A stretch of DNA of 32,000 nt from an uncultured Verrucomicrobiae bacterium (GCA_963814965.1 CAWFFA010000021.1:15793-47792), one strand, 5' to 3'. Shown: positions 22,568-31,402, counted from the first letter of the stretch. Notes: generated from the sequence alone by a model not told the origin. Program-made: numbers and translations.

Positions 22568-23471
22568 TCGAACTGCGCAGACGCTCATTATAACGCTGCT
22601 GCTGTTAAGTTTGGGTCGCGCAAGCGCAGAGGACTACGCGGCGCGCTTCAAACAATTGCGGGAACAAAAAGCGGATGGGGGACAAATCGATTCGCTGCTC
22701 GATGAGTGGCGCGCCAAAAGCTCGAACGACCCGGACGCCTGGATCACCAGCGCGAATTATTACTTCAACGAATCTGTCGGTATATACTTCTCAACCGACC
22801 CACATGATAAAGGGAAATACGCTCTAACTGACCAGAAGACTGGGAAGAAAGCAGGAACTATCTTGTCCAAGCCGGGCGTGGCCCAGACATCGCGGGACCC
22901 GGCAGCGATCCTGACTGAAGCGACCACGAAATTTCCGGACCGTCTCGATATTTGGTGCGGGTTGAGCTGGATGTATCAGGAGCGTGGTGATTTCGATACC
23001 GAATTTGCGACTTTGCAAAAGATGGTTGGCTATGTCCGCGAGCACCCAGCCGGTTTGAAATGGTTGAAAGGCGAGCCGATCAACGAACCAGCTGACAAGT
23101 TCGTTCCGGAAAAATTGCACAGCTACGCGACCTACTACGGGAAGAAGGAGAACTCCGAGGATGATCAACGAATGCTAAAGATCGCGACTTATTCGGCCGA
23201 TCAATTTCCGAATCATCCCTACGCGCTTAACGATGTCGCCGTTTATTACTCCATTAGCAAAGATTATCCCAAGACGCGCGAATGGTTGGAAAAAGCGCAC
23301 CGGGCGGATCCCAAGGACGGATTGGTTATATACAACCTGGGATACGTCTCGGAGAAAATGGGCGATAAAAGCGCCGCGAAAAAGTGGTACGAGGAAAGCC
23401 TCAAAATCGAGCCCGACGGCGAGCACGCGCAGAAGGCGAAACAGGCCCTGGCGAAACTGAAGAAGAAGTAA
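22560..23471 (+). CDS. Secreted TPR-repeat protein
   Basis: The signal peptide is LIITLLLLSLGRASA. The C-terminus has TPR-like repeats (YALNDVAVYYSISKDYPKTREWLEKAHRADP ... YNLGYVSEKMGDKSAAKKWYEESLKIEP). I prefer the GTG at 22560 over the track start at 22521. Confidence 0.7.
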   Translation: MLNRTAQTLIITLLLLSLGRASAEDYAARFKQLREQKADGGQIDSLLDEWRAKSSNDPDAWITSANYYFNESVGIYFSTDPHDKGKYALTDQKTGKKAGTILSKPGVAQTSRDPAAILTEATTKFPDRLDIWCGLSWMYQERGDFDTEFATLQKMVGYVREHPAGLKWLKGEPINEPADKFVPEKLHSYATYYGKKENSEDDQRMLKIATYSADQFPNHPYALNDVAVYYSISKDYPKTREWLEKAHRADPKDGLVIYNLGYVSEKMGDKSAAKKWYEESLKIEPDGEHAQKAKQALAKLKKK

Positions 23472-23478
23472 CGAAGAG

Positions 23479-23552
23479 TGGGCCTGACTGGGCTCGAACC
23501 AGTGACCCTGCGCTTATCAAGCGCATGCTCTAACCAACTGAGCTACAGGCCC
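23479..23552 (-). tRNA. tRNA-Ile (anticodon GAU)
   Basis: The reverse complement is GGGCCTGTAGCTCAGTTGGTTAGAGCATGCGCTTGATAAGCGCAGGGTCACTGGTTCGAGCCCAGTCAGGCCCA. It folds into a full cloverleaf, and CCA is not encoded. Confidence 0.95.
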
Positions 23553-23570
23553 TCGAGAAATTTCGCGACT

Positions 23571-23645
23571 TAGTGATTTAGCGATTTAGCGATTGGCCGC
23601 AAATTAAATCGTTCAATCTCTGACTCGTTAAATCGTTAAATTAAT
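23571..23645. repeat. Octamer micro-arrays forming inverted arms in the tRNA-Ala/tRNA-Ile spacer
   Basis: Positions 23571-23594 read TAGTGATT TAGCGATT TAGCGATT. After a GGCCGC centre come AAATCGTT-type units (23606-23645), which are roughly the reverse complement of the first array. Confidence 0.5.
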
Positions 23646-23718
23646 TGGAGGCAAGGGGATTCGAACCCCTGACTTCCAGCTTGCAAAGCTGGCGCTCTAC
23701 CAACTGAGCTATGCCCCC
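23646..23718 (-). tRNA. tRNA-Ala (anticodon UGC)
   Basis: The reverse complement is GGGGGCATAGCTCAGTTGGTAGAGCGCCAGCTTTGCAAGCTGGAAGTCAGGGGTTCGAATCCCCTTGCCTCCA. The G3:U70 identity pair is present, and CCA is not encoded. Confidence 0.95.
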
Positions 23719-23725
23719 ACAAGAA

Positions 23726-23753
23726 AGTTGATAGTTGATGGTTGAGAGTTGAT
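23726..23753. repeat. Heptamer micro-array directly upstream of tRNA-Ala
   Basis: The sequence reads AGTTGAT AGTTGAT GGTTGAG AGTTGAT. Confidence 0.5.
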
Positions 23754-23771
23754 GGAAAATCAAATTCTCTT

Positions 23772-23795
23772 TTCCTGCGTTCCTGGCTTCCTGAT
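23772..23795 (+). repeat. (TTCCTGnn)x3 octamer array, copy 2
   Basis: The sequence reads TTCCTGCG TTCCTGGC TTCCTGAT. It is a direct repeat of 24153-24176. Confidence 0.55.
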
Positions 23796-23826
23796 TCGCT
23801 TTCTACCAAATCCGCACCCGTTGCGT

Positions 23827-24030
23827 TTAGTGGCACTGATTCAGGCCGGCGTAAACGCGCGACCTCAGCTTCAGAATTTGTTCAAAAGCGAACCAAGCGG
23901 GATCGAGCTCTCGCAACTCTGCTTCTGCCTCTTCGAACATTCCGAGATCGACGTAGCCCTCAATCGCCTGAACATGGCGAAAGGCGTGATATTCCTCCAG
24001 GCTGATAGATCGCATGATAATCCCGCGCAT
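23827..24030 (-). CDS. Small TPR-like ORF, possibly a truncated remnant
   Basis: The translation is MRGIIMRSISLEEYHAFRHVQAIEGYVDLGMFEEAEAELRELDPAWFAFEQILKLRSRVYAGLNQCH. It resembles the N-terminal half of a common TPR-like small protein family (from memory), and it lies between 16S and tRNA-Ala. Confidence 0.35.
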   Translation of the reverse strand: MRGIIMRSISLEEYHAFRHVQAIEGYVDLGMFEEAEAELRELDPAWFAFEQILKLRSRVYAGLNQCH

Positions 24031-24126
24031 AATTGTCTCTGAAGCTTTGACGAAATCCGCGAGCAAGTTCTTCAACGGCGAGAAGGAAGTGTAGTGCTGC
24101 CCCTATCGGGCGCGATGACTGAAACT

Positions 24127-24149
24127 GCAGCCGGCGCGGCCGCCTCTAC
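24127..24149 (-). repeat. Orphan REP (type 2)
   Basis: Its reverse complement is GTAGAG + GCGGCCG-cgc-CGGCTGC, with one wobble in the stem. Confidence 0.55.
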
Positions 24150-24152
24150 AGT

Positions 24153-24176
24153 TTCCTGGGTTCCTGCTTTTCCGAT
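24153..24176 (+). repeat. (TTCCTGnn)x3 octamer array, copy 3
   Basis: The sequence reads TTCCTGGG TTCCTGCT TTTCCGAT. Confidence 0.5.
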
Positions 24177-24197
24177 TGAATCTTTCGCGGAAAAGGA

Positions 24198-24229
24198 AAA
24201 TGCCGTCCGGCGTTGGCAGGACGGCATTT
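24198..24229 (-). terminator. Intrinsic terminator directly after the 16S 3' processing-stem arm
   Basis: The minus strand reads AAATGCCGTCC-tgccaacgcc-GGACGGCATTT, an 11-bp perfect stem, followed by TCCTTTTCC. Confidence 0.65.
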
Positions 24230-24240
24230 AAGTCGATGGG

Positions 24241-24266
24241 CAGCAAATACTGAATTGTGCGTTATC
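24241..24266 (-). promoter_or_regulatory. 3' arm of the pre-16S processing stem (RNase III-type)
   Basis: Its reverse complement, GATAACGCACAATTCAGTATTTGCTG, matches plus-strand 26124-26149 at 23 of 26 positions, including 16 contiguous positions. In the minus-strand transcript the two segments are therefore complementary. Confidence 0.7.
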
Positions 24267-24414
24267 CGCGTCATTTCCTTGGGCTCTGGTTTCTTTCGAT
24301 TCCAAAGTCTTCACGGCATATCGCCTCAGATGATCAATTGATTCACCCGAGGGACTTAGCCGTCGACCTATTCAACCGCGCTTCGAAAAATAAATTTCTC
24401 GAGTGCGATGAATC

Positions 24415-25974
<1,560 letters not shown>

Positions 25975-26123
25975 AAAAACGGTGAGACTCTTTCAAGCCT
26001 CAAAGTTTGCGTCGAACCCCGCTACGGGGCCGACAAAATCTGACCATTCGATAATCTGTTTCCCGCCGTAGCGGGCCACAGGTTCGTCCGATCTGTAATC
26101 TTTTTTTCCAAAGAAAATCAACA

Positions 26124-26149
26124 GATAACGCACAATTCAATTTTCGCTG
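26124..26149 (-). promoter_or_regulatory. 5' arm of the pre-16S processing stem
   Basis: It is complementary to 24241-24266 in the transcript and lies about 150 nt upstream of the mature 5' end. Confidence 0.7.
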
Positions 26150-26412
26150 ACTTCATATCATTTCAGATCCGCTTGTGTTCCGGCATGCGCCAAAACAACT
26201 GTGACTGCGAATCCAAAACCAAACTGTCAAAGATCGATATCTTCCTCCCGGTACAAAGCAAAACACGACCCTCGTCATTTACTTGACCAGCGTCGGCTCG
26301 CTTCGAGCCAGAGGAGAACAACCCCGCTAATGCGGGCCCGCTTATCTGCGGGTCACTAAACTAATCAGGTTGGGCCAATCTGCAAGTGGCAAATCGCAGC
26401 GTTACCCAAAAT

Positions 26413-26437
26413 ATAGAGGGCGGCCACATGGCCGCCC
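26413..26437 (+). repeat. Orphan REP (type 2-like, ATAG head)
   Basis: The sequence is ATAGAG + GGCGGCC-acat-GGCCGCC. Confidence 0.5.
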
Positions 26438-26466
26438 CCAAATCTGCCCATATTTCCTGCTTTCGG

Positions 26467-26931
26467 CTAGGCTTTGTCGTAAACCGCTGTGGTGTGAACC
26501 TTTTTGCCTTTCGGTCCCATTCCCGTGGTCGTAACCGCGCGGCTCTTGCCGTCCGGCGCCACCATAATCTTGCCGCTCGACGTGACCTTCCCGCCTTTCT
26601 TCACCCAAAACTCCATCGTGCGATCGTCGACTTTTCGATAACCGCGGGCGTCGGACTCAGGGTCTCCGGTTACCGGGTAATCCTTCCCATCAAACATGCC
26701 GACCCATTCATCGTGACTCGGTTTCCCTTTGGCGTCCATGCCGTCGATCGTGACCTTCGTTCTAAATGGAAATGACATTTCGTATTTAACGGTGTCGTTT
26801 CGGCCCATCCCCCGGCCGAGATGCGATTTCTTCGCATTCAATTTCCAAGTCCCATCGAATGCGCTCCCAAAACAAAGCGTCCCAGCAGCAAGCCAAACTG
26901 CGAGAGCTATTAAAGTAGTTTTTGATTTCAT
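26467..26931 (-). CDS. Secreted small beta-rich (lipocalin-like) protein
   Basis: The signal peptide is MKSKTTLIALAVWLAAGTLCFGSA, followed by FDGTWKLN. I prefer the ATG at 26931 over the track start at 26967. Confidence 0.55.
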   Translation of the reverse strand: MKSKTTLIALAVWLAAGTLCFGSAFDGTWKLNAKKSHLGRGMGRNDTVKYEMSFPFRTKVTIDGMDAKGKPSHDEWVGMFDGKDYPVTGDPESDARGYRKVDDRTMEFWVKKGGKVTSSGKIMVAPDGKSRAVTTTGMGPKGKKVHTTAVYDKA

Positions 26932-26990
26932 GGCGCAGATGAAGACGGGATTTGCCTGTCGCGTCAATGATTTTTTCAGTCCGAGCGCCG

Positions 26991-27563
26991 TTAGCCGAGG
27001 TTACTGCTAAACATAATCGCGAATCCGACTATCAGTACCAGATAACAAACGGCCGCCGCCCACTGAACCACCCGGTTGCGTGATAGCAATCCGAATGCGG
27101 CCGGAATCAACAGCGCGATGGTTCCCAGATTTTCTTTTACCAACAGTGCCGTGTTCGGTGTCTTCAAAAAATCAAGATTGGCGAGCAACGCCAGAAGGAG
27201 ACAAACGATAATGGCGCCGTAGAAATAAGTGCGTTGGCGCCAGAAAAAATCCTCCAGATCGATCGTGCCGTCATCCGGGGCCTTGGGTCCCACCAGCGCG
27301 CAGACCACGTAGACAGAAACGGCAAACAGGAACTGAATGGCCACGGACGCAATATCCCAATTCGTGACTGAACGAAGGTCCCAAAGCGCTAGCCAGTTTA
27401 CGAACACCAGGAGAACGGCGTTGACCATTCCTAGTGCCAGCAATCCGGAAAAGCGCACCCGCTCGCGTGCCACGATGAGTTCGGCGATGCGCGCTAGCAG
27501 ATGGGTCAGCGCCAAGGCGTAGACGAATGACAACAGCGCGGTGACGTGTTCGAAGGCGGACAT
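26991..27563 (-). CDS. Hypothetical integral membrane protein (about 6 TM)
   Basis: The 190-aa ORF is strongly hydrophobic. I recognise no family. Confidence 0.55.
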   Translation of the reverse strand: MSAFEHVTALLSFVYALALTHLLARIAELIVARERVRFSGLLALGMVNAVLLVFVNWLALWDLRSVTNWDIASVAIQFLFAVSVYVVCALVGPKAPDDGTIDLEDFFWRQRTYFYGAIIVCLLLALLANLDFLKTPNTALLVKENLGTIALLIPAAFGLLSRNRVVQWAAAVCYLVLIVGFAIMFSSNLG

Positions 27564-27570
27564 TAGCAGA

Positions 27571-27598
27571 AGTGACCAGTGACATGTGACCAGTGACG
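27571..27598. repeat. Heptamer micro-array (AGTGACn)x4 directly upstream of the start codon at 27563
   Basis: The sequence reads AGTGACC AGTGACA TGTGACC AGTGACG. Confidence 0.55.
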
Positions 27599-27636
27599 AG
27601 CAAGAACATCAATATCGAACATCAGGTAACGCGGCG

Positions 27637-28035
27637 CTAACCGCGTATCTGACGTTCGTAATCAGCGGCGTCGAAGTGGCCTAACGATTCCGCGATCAGA
27701 CCGTCATTGTCGATCTTCCACAATTCGTAGCCGCTGATCCGGACCTTATTTCCGTTGCCGCCTGGTCCGCTGTTCGTTCCGGTTAACGTCCAATGAAACA
27801 CGGACGCATCTCCGCGCGGTTCCAATTTGTCGAACGTGACGATCATGTCGGGAAATGTGATCATGAAGGCGTGCGCTTCCTTCGCGATCGCCGCGCGTCC
27901 AACCGCGGGCGGCCCGTTGTTGATACTGATCGAGCCACGCTCGGCGAAAAATGCGGCGACCTTCTGTGGATCCTGACTGCACCAAGCCTTCGCATAATGC
28001 GTCGCGAATTTTTGAAGCTCGGCGAAATCGTTCAT
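27637..28035 (-). CDS. SnoaL-like / NTF2-fold (ester cyclase family) protein
   Basis: The sequence FATHYAKAWCSQDPQKVAAFFAERGSISINNGPPAVGRAAI ... ISGYELWKIDNDGLIAES is typical of SnoaL-like proteins. Confidence 0.75.
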   Translation of the reverse strand: MNDFAELQKFATHYAKAWCSQDPQKVAAFFAERGSISINNGPPAVGRAAIAKEAHAFMITFPDMIVTFDKLEPRGDASVFHWTLTGTNSGPGGNGNKVRISGYELWKIDNDGLIAESLGHFDAADYERQIRG

Positions 28036-28556
28036 GCACTTTCTTTCGGTAATCGAACCTCGCTCAGATTGTAAGCTGAGAATGCCGTCGGCTTGTTCTG
28101 TCTCGCAATGATCGCGCGAACGAGACGGTCAAATTCTTCGGTATGCCAGTGTTTCCGAAATTCCCACCACTGTTGTACCCCAGGGTAAGCGATCAGATCG
28201 CTCATCGTCCTTTCAACGGCTTTCCATGATGAGCCAGTCAGGATTCCCTGCGCATGCGAGAAGTACATTCCTTCGAAGATGTTCAAAAGACGATTGAAGA
28301 ACGCGCTAAAGCGGAGTTTCGATACCGAATCCAGATCGTTAAAGGAATGTGCGCCGCGGAGAAAAATCGCAGCCATTTCCGGATTATTGTGCAGCGATTC
28401 AGTGAGCGCTCCCCATTGCTCGGTGAGCGCGTGGACGGCAGCCTGCCTCCGTTCTTTCGTCTGTTCGCGAATTTGAACGGCGAGGTAAATCAAAGAGGGA
28501 ATTCCGACAAGCACGGCCGCCAATTGCCCGATCGCTGCCAGCATTTCCCAATTCAT
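28032..28556 (-). CDS. Hypothetical protein with an N-terminal TM helix
   Basis: The 174-aa ORF has the N-terminus MNWEMLAAIGQLAAVLVGIPSLIYLAVQIREQ. Its stop forms an ATGA overlap with the downstream SnoaL-like gene. Confidence 0.55.
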   Translation of the reverse strand: MNWEMLAAIGQLAAVLVGIPSLIYLAVQIREQTKERRQAAVHALTEQWGALTESLHNNPEMAAIFLRGAHSFNDLDSVSKLRFSAFFNRLLNIFEGMYFSHAQGILTGSSWKAVERTMSDLIAYPGVQQWWEFRKHWHTEEFDRLVRAIIARQNKPTAFSAYNLSEVRLPKESA

Positions 28557-28562
28557 TGAAGA

Positions 28563-28645
28563 AGTGATTAGTGACCAGTGTTCAGTGATCAGCTGCAGAG
28601 CTTCACCATTTATGTTTGGTCACTTGTCACTGATCACTGGTCACT
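28563..28645. repeat. Inverted arms each made of (AGTGAyy)x4 heptamers
   Basis: The left arm is AGTGATT AGTGACC AGTGTTC AGTGATC. The reverse complement of the right arm is AGTGACC AGTGATC AGTGACA AGTGACC. The right arm overlaps the last codons and the stop of the ADH gene. Confidence 0.6.
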
Positions 28646-29667
28646 CTTATAACGCTCCGGACGTGATCAATGGAATCCTTAAGTTCGTCGAGAGACGCGT
28701 TGATTCGCCTCGCATCAAGGTCGACACCGCGCAGGGTCTCAGATGGAAAACGTAGTTTCCCGCTGCGCGCAAATTCAATCAGAACCGGAAGTTCGCTCGC
28801 CAAATGATCTGACACGCCGATGATCTCCGCTTCTTTATTGATCAATTCCGAATACGGAAAGATCGACATCGCTTCTGCGGTCAATCCGACGAGCGCGGCG
28901 CGGCCGAGGACGCCCAAACATTCAACCGCTTGCCGCATTGTTTTTGCAGAGCCGATCAACTCGAGTGAAACGTCAACACCTTTGCTATCAGTTGCGTCTT
29001 TAATCTGCTCGACCGGATTGCTCGCCTTTGCATCGATCGCGATAGCTCCGAGCTTCGCGGCTAACTGAAGCTTCGCCTGGTTAACCTCAACTACATAGAT
29101 CTGGCCGCACTCGAGAGTTTGCGCCAACTGCAAAGCCGAAAATCCCAACCCACCGAACCCGAAGATTGCGATCGACTCTCCGGACTTGAAGCGCGCTTTG
29201 TTCAACGCATGGAGCGCAGTAGCCGAAGAGCACATCATGATCGCGCCCACTTCGAATGAAATTTCATCAGGCAGCGCGAACGCGTTCTTGCCGGGAACTC
29301 TAATAAACTCCGCGTATCCGCCGTCGTGATGTTTGCCGATCATTTGCACTTCGGGGCAAAACTGCTCCAAACCGGCTGTGCAGAAGTGGCAGTGTCCGCA
29401 GTGTACTAGATAATGCACGCAAACGCGGTCGCCCGGCGCGAGATTCGCGACCTCCGCGCCAACTTTTTCCACGGTGCCCGCGACTTCATGGCCGAGCGTT
29501 ACCGGTAAATTGTCGATCTTGGAGATGCCGGCGCGATAATGCGCATCCGAATGACAAATTCCCGCCGCAGCAACGCGAATCAAAACGTCGCTCGGTTCAA
29601 CCTCCGGAATCGGAATATCCGTGTCCTGCAGCGGTTTTCCTGTCCCAACCAGTCGGACAGCTCTCAT
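28627..29667 (-). CDS. Zinc-dependent alcohol dehydrogenase (MDR family)
   Basis: It has GICHSD, GHEVAGTV, a structural-Zn Cys cluster (CGHCHFCTAG) and the NAD motif IFGFGGLG. Confidence 0.9.
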   Translation of the reverse strand: MRAVRLVGTGKPLQDTDIPIPEVEPSDVLIRVAAAGICHSDAHYRAGISKIDNLPVTLGHEVAGTVEKVGAEVANLAPGDRVCVHYLVHCGHCHFCTAGLEQFCPEVQMIGKHHDGGYAEFIRVPGKNAFALPDEISFEVGAIMMCSSATALHALNKARFKSGESIAIFGFGGLGFSALQLAQTLECGQIYVVEVNQAKLQLAAKLGAIAIDAKASNPVEQIKDATDSKGVDVSLELIGSAKTMRQAVECLGVLGRAALVGLTAEAMSIFPYSELINKEAEIIGVSDHLASELPVLIEFARSGKLRFPSETLRGVDLDARRINASLDELKDSIDHVRSVIRVTSDQ

Positions 29668-29708
29668 TTTCGGAGCTGGTCACCGGTCACGTGCGTCAAG
29701 ATTTTTCT

Positions 29709-29786
29709 AACCACTAATGGACACCAATAAACACCAATTGGTTCGTGGAACAAAACCTTCGTGTCTATTCGTGTCCATTCGTGGTT
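29709..29786. repeat. Inverted-repeat element of the CCACnnATGGACACnnAT family
   Basis: The left arm is AACCACTAATGGACACCAATAAACAC. The reverse complement of the right arm is AACCACGAATGGACACGAATAGACAC. They match at 23 of 26 positions, and the spacer is 26 nt. Confidence 0.55.
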
Positions 29787-29795
29787 AATTCCGTC

Positions 29796-30620
29796 ATGAA
29801 GTCGATCGACGAAAAGCGCTCTGAATTTCGAAAACTCCACGAGAGCGGATGCTTTGCGATTCCGAATCCTTGGGACATAGGGAGCGCGAAATATCTGCAA
29901 CATCTCGGCTTCAAAGCGATCGCAACGACGTCGGCCGGTTTCGCGTTCTCCCGCGGTTTGTCTGACGGCTCCGTCAAACGTGATGACATGATCGCGCACA
30001 TTCGTGAGCTGGTGGAAGCGACTGACATTCCGGTGAACGCCGATTTCGAAAACGGTTACGCGGACGATCCAAACTGGTGCGCTGAGAATGCGCGGCTGTG
30101 CGCCGAGACAGGCGTCGCCGGCCTGTCGATTGAAGACGCAGCGGATCGGAAAGAAAGCCCGCTCTACGACGTGCACCTCGCAGTCGAACGAATTCACGCC
30201 GTTCGCGAAGCGCTTCATGGAACCGGAGTTCTCCTGGTTGGACGCGCGGAAGGATTTCTCGTCGGTCGTGAACAGCTCGACCAGGTGATCAAACGCCTTG
30301 TGAAATATTCCGAAGCCGGCGCTGATTGTTTGTACGCACCGGGTTTCAAGGATCGCGATTCCAACAAGGCGATCGTCGAAGCGGTCGCGCCGAAACCGGT
30401 CAACGTTCTGATCGGTGGACCCGGCAGCTTAAGCAGCTTAGCAATGCGCGACGCAGCTGAGCTCGGCGCGCGTCGCGTGAGTGTTGGTGGCGCGTTCGCC
30501 CGCGCGGCCTGGGGCGGATTCATTCGCTCAGCGAAGGAACTCATGGAGAAGGGGACGTTCGACGAATTGACTCACGCGGCGTCTTACGCAGACCTGCAGA
30601 AGTTATTTAGACAAACGTAA
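29796..30620 (+). CDS. Isocitrate lyase / PEP mutase superfamily protein (2-methylisocitrate-lyase-like)
   Basis: It has FRKLHESGCFAIPNPWDIGSAKYLQHLGFKAIATTSAGFAFS ... VNADFENGY ... GLSIED. I prefer the ATG at 29796, because the track start at 29745 lies inside the repeat. Confidence 0.85.
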   Translation: MKSIDEKRSEFRKLHESGCFAIPNPWDIGSAKYLQHLGFKAIATTSAGFAFSRGLSDGSVKRDDMIAHIRELVEATDIPVNADFENGYADDPNWCAENARLCAETGVAGLSIEDAADRKESPLYDVHLAVERIHAVREALHGTGVLLVGRAEGFLVGREQLDQVIKRLVKYSEAGADCLYAPGFKDRDSNKAIVEAVAPKPVNVLIGGPGSLSSLAMRDAAELGARRVSVGGAFARAAWGGFIRSAKELMEKGTFDELTHAASYADLQKLFRQT

Positions 30621-30678
30621 CCGCGGATTACGCGGATCGAACTGATTGCTGTGGCGGCAGGCGTCTCGCCTGCGATCT

Positions 30679-30706
30679 CGTCACTCGTCACATCTCACTG
30701 GTCACT
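30679..30706. repeat. Heptamer micro-array (reverse complement of AGTGAnn, x4) adjacent to the hdeD stop
   Basis: The sequence reads CGTCACT CGTCACA TCTCACT GGTCACT. Confidence 0.5.
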
Positions 30707-30710
30707 TCTG

Positions 30711-31214
30711 TTACGCGCGACGACGCATCGCTGAAGCGAGAGTGATTCGCGAAATGCCGCTGAAGATCAGACTGATGCCGATGATCGTTCCAATGAACCA
30801 GAGCGAGCTGCTTGGCCATTGCGACCAGATCAAAATCGCCAGGATCAACGTGACGATTGCGTCGAACAATATCCAGCCCGCGTTAATCTTGCCGCGAACC
30901 TGGAAATAGAGCGCCGTCTCCAGCGCGGCTTCGATGAGGAGAAAAGCCGCGAGCACGAGCGTCAGCGTCACCAAGCCGGCGAGCGGATGCATGAGCATGA
31001 ACACGCCGGCCGCACCATAAATCAGCGTGAGCAGAATTTGCCACAAAACGCCGCCGACGTTGTGAGTGTGAAACGCGAGGAACAAGTGCGATACCCCCGC
31101 AACCAAAAGCACCCAAGCGACGACAATCACCACACCAATTCCCGATACCAACGGCAGCGCGATTGCGGCGATGCCGCAAATCAACATCACGATTCCCCAA
31201 AACATCATGTTCAT
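30711..31214 (-). CDS. HdeD-family (DUF308) membrane protein
   Basis: The 167-aa ORF has about 6 TM segments and repeated G-rich helices typical of DUF308. Confidence 0.75.
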   Translation of the reverse strand: MNMMFWGIVMLICGIAAIALPLVSGIGVVIVVAWVLLVAGVSHLFLAFHTHNVGGVLWQILLTLIYGAAGVFMLMHPLAGLVTLTLVLAAFLLIEAALETALYFQVRGKINAGWILFDAIVTLILAILIWSQWPSSSLWFIGTIIGISLIFSGISRITLASAMRRRA

Positions 31215-31324
31215 AATAAATGCCAGTCCGGCTCGAACCTTATGCGCCGTTATTTAGTCGGCGTCGAGTATCGAATTGAACGCCGCATGGTCTCGACCGC
31301 TGCTTGTGACGCGCTTACCAAGCC

Positions 31325-31342
31325 GTAGCCTTGGCGAAGGCT
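31325..31342 (+). repeat. REP-like unit: GTAG head plus a 6-bp hairpin
   Basis: The sequence is GTAG overlapping AGCCTT-ggcg-AAGGCT. Confidence 0.35.
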
Positions 31343-31402
31343 GGTCGAGCCTAGAAACGTAGAGACCAGAAATCAGCGATTAAATTATTGGCCATCGCTC
31401 TT

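Noticed and set aside
26202-26385. These are candidate 16S promoters. One is TTGACA (reverse complement of 26225-26230) with a poor -10 (CAGTCA). The other is TTGCAG-n16-TAGTTT (26358-26385).
   Set aside because: Neither has both boxes convincing, and the promoter consensus for this phylum is unknown to me. Transcription start site mapping is needed, so I did not list them as features.
30621-30673. Two hairpins lie between the convergent PEP-mutase-family and hdeD genes: CCGCG-gatta-CGCGG and GCAGGCG-tct-CGCCTGC.
   Set aside because: They are plausible bidirectional terminators or REP-like units. However, the stems are short, there is no U-tract and no GTAG head, so the evidence is insufficient for either call.
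31343-31402. A further GTAGAG word (31358) and an AGCGAT...ATCGCT stem lie upstream of the MscS gene stop.
   Set aside because: The loop is 13 nt and the stem only 6 bp. Resemblance to the type-2 REP is limited to the hexamer head.
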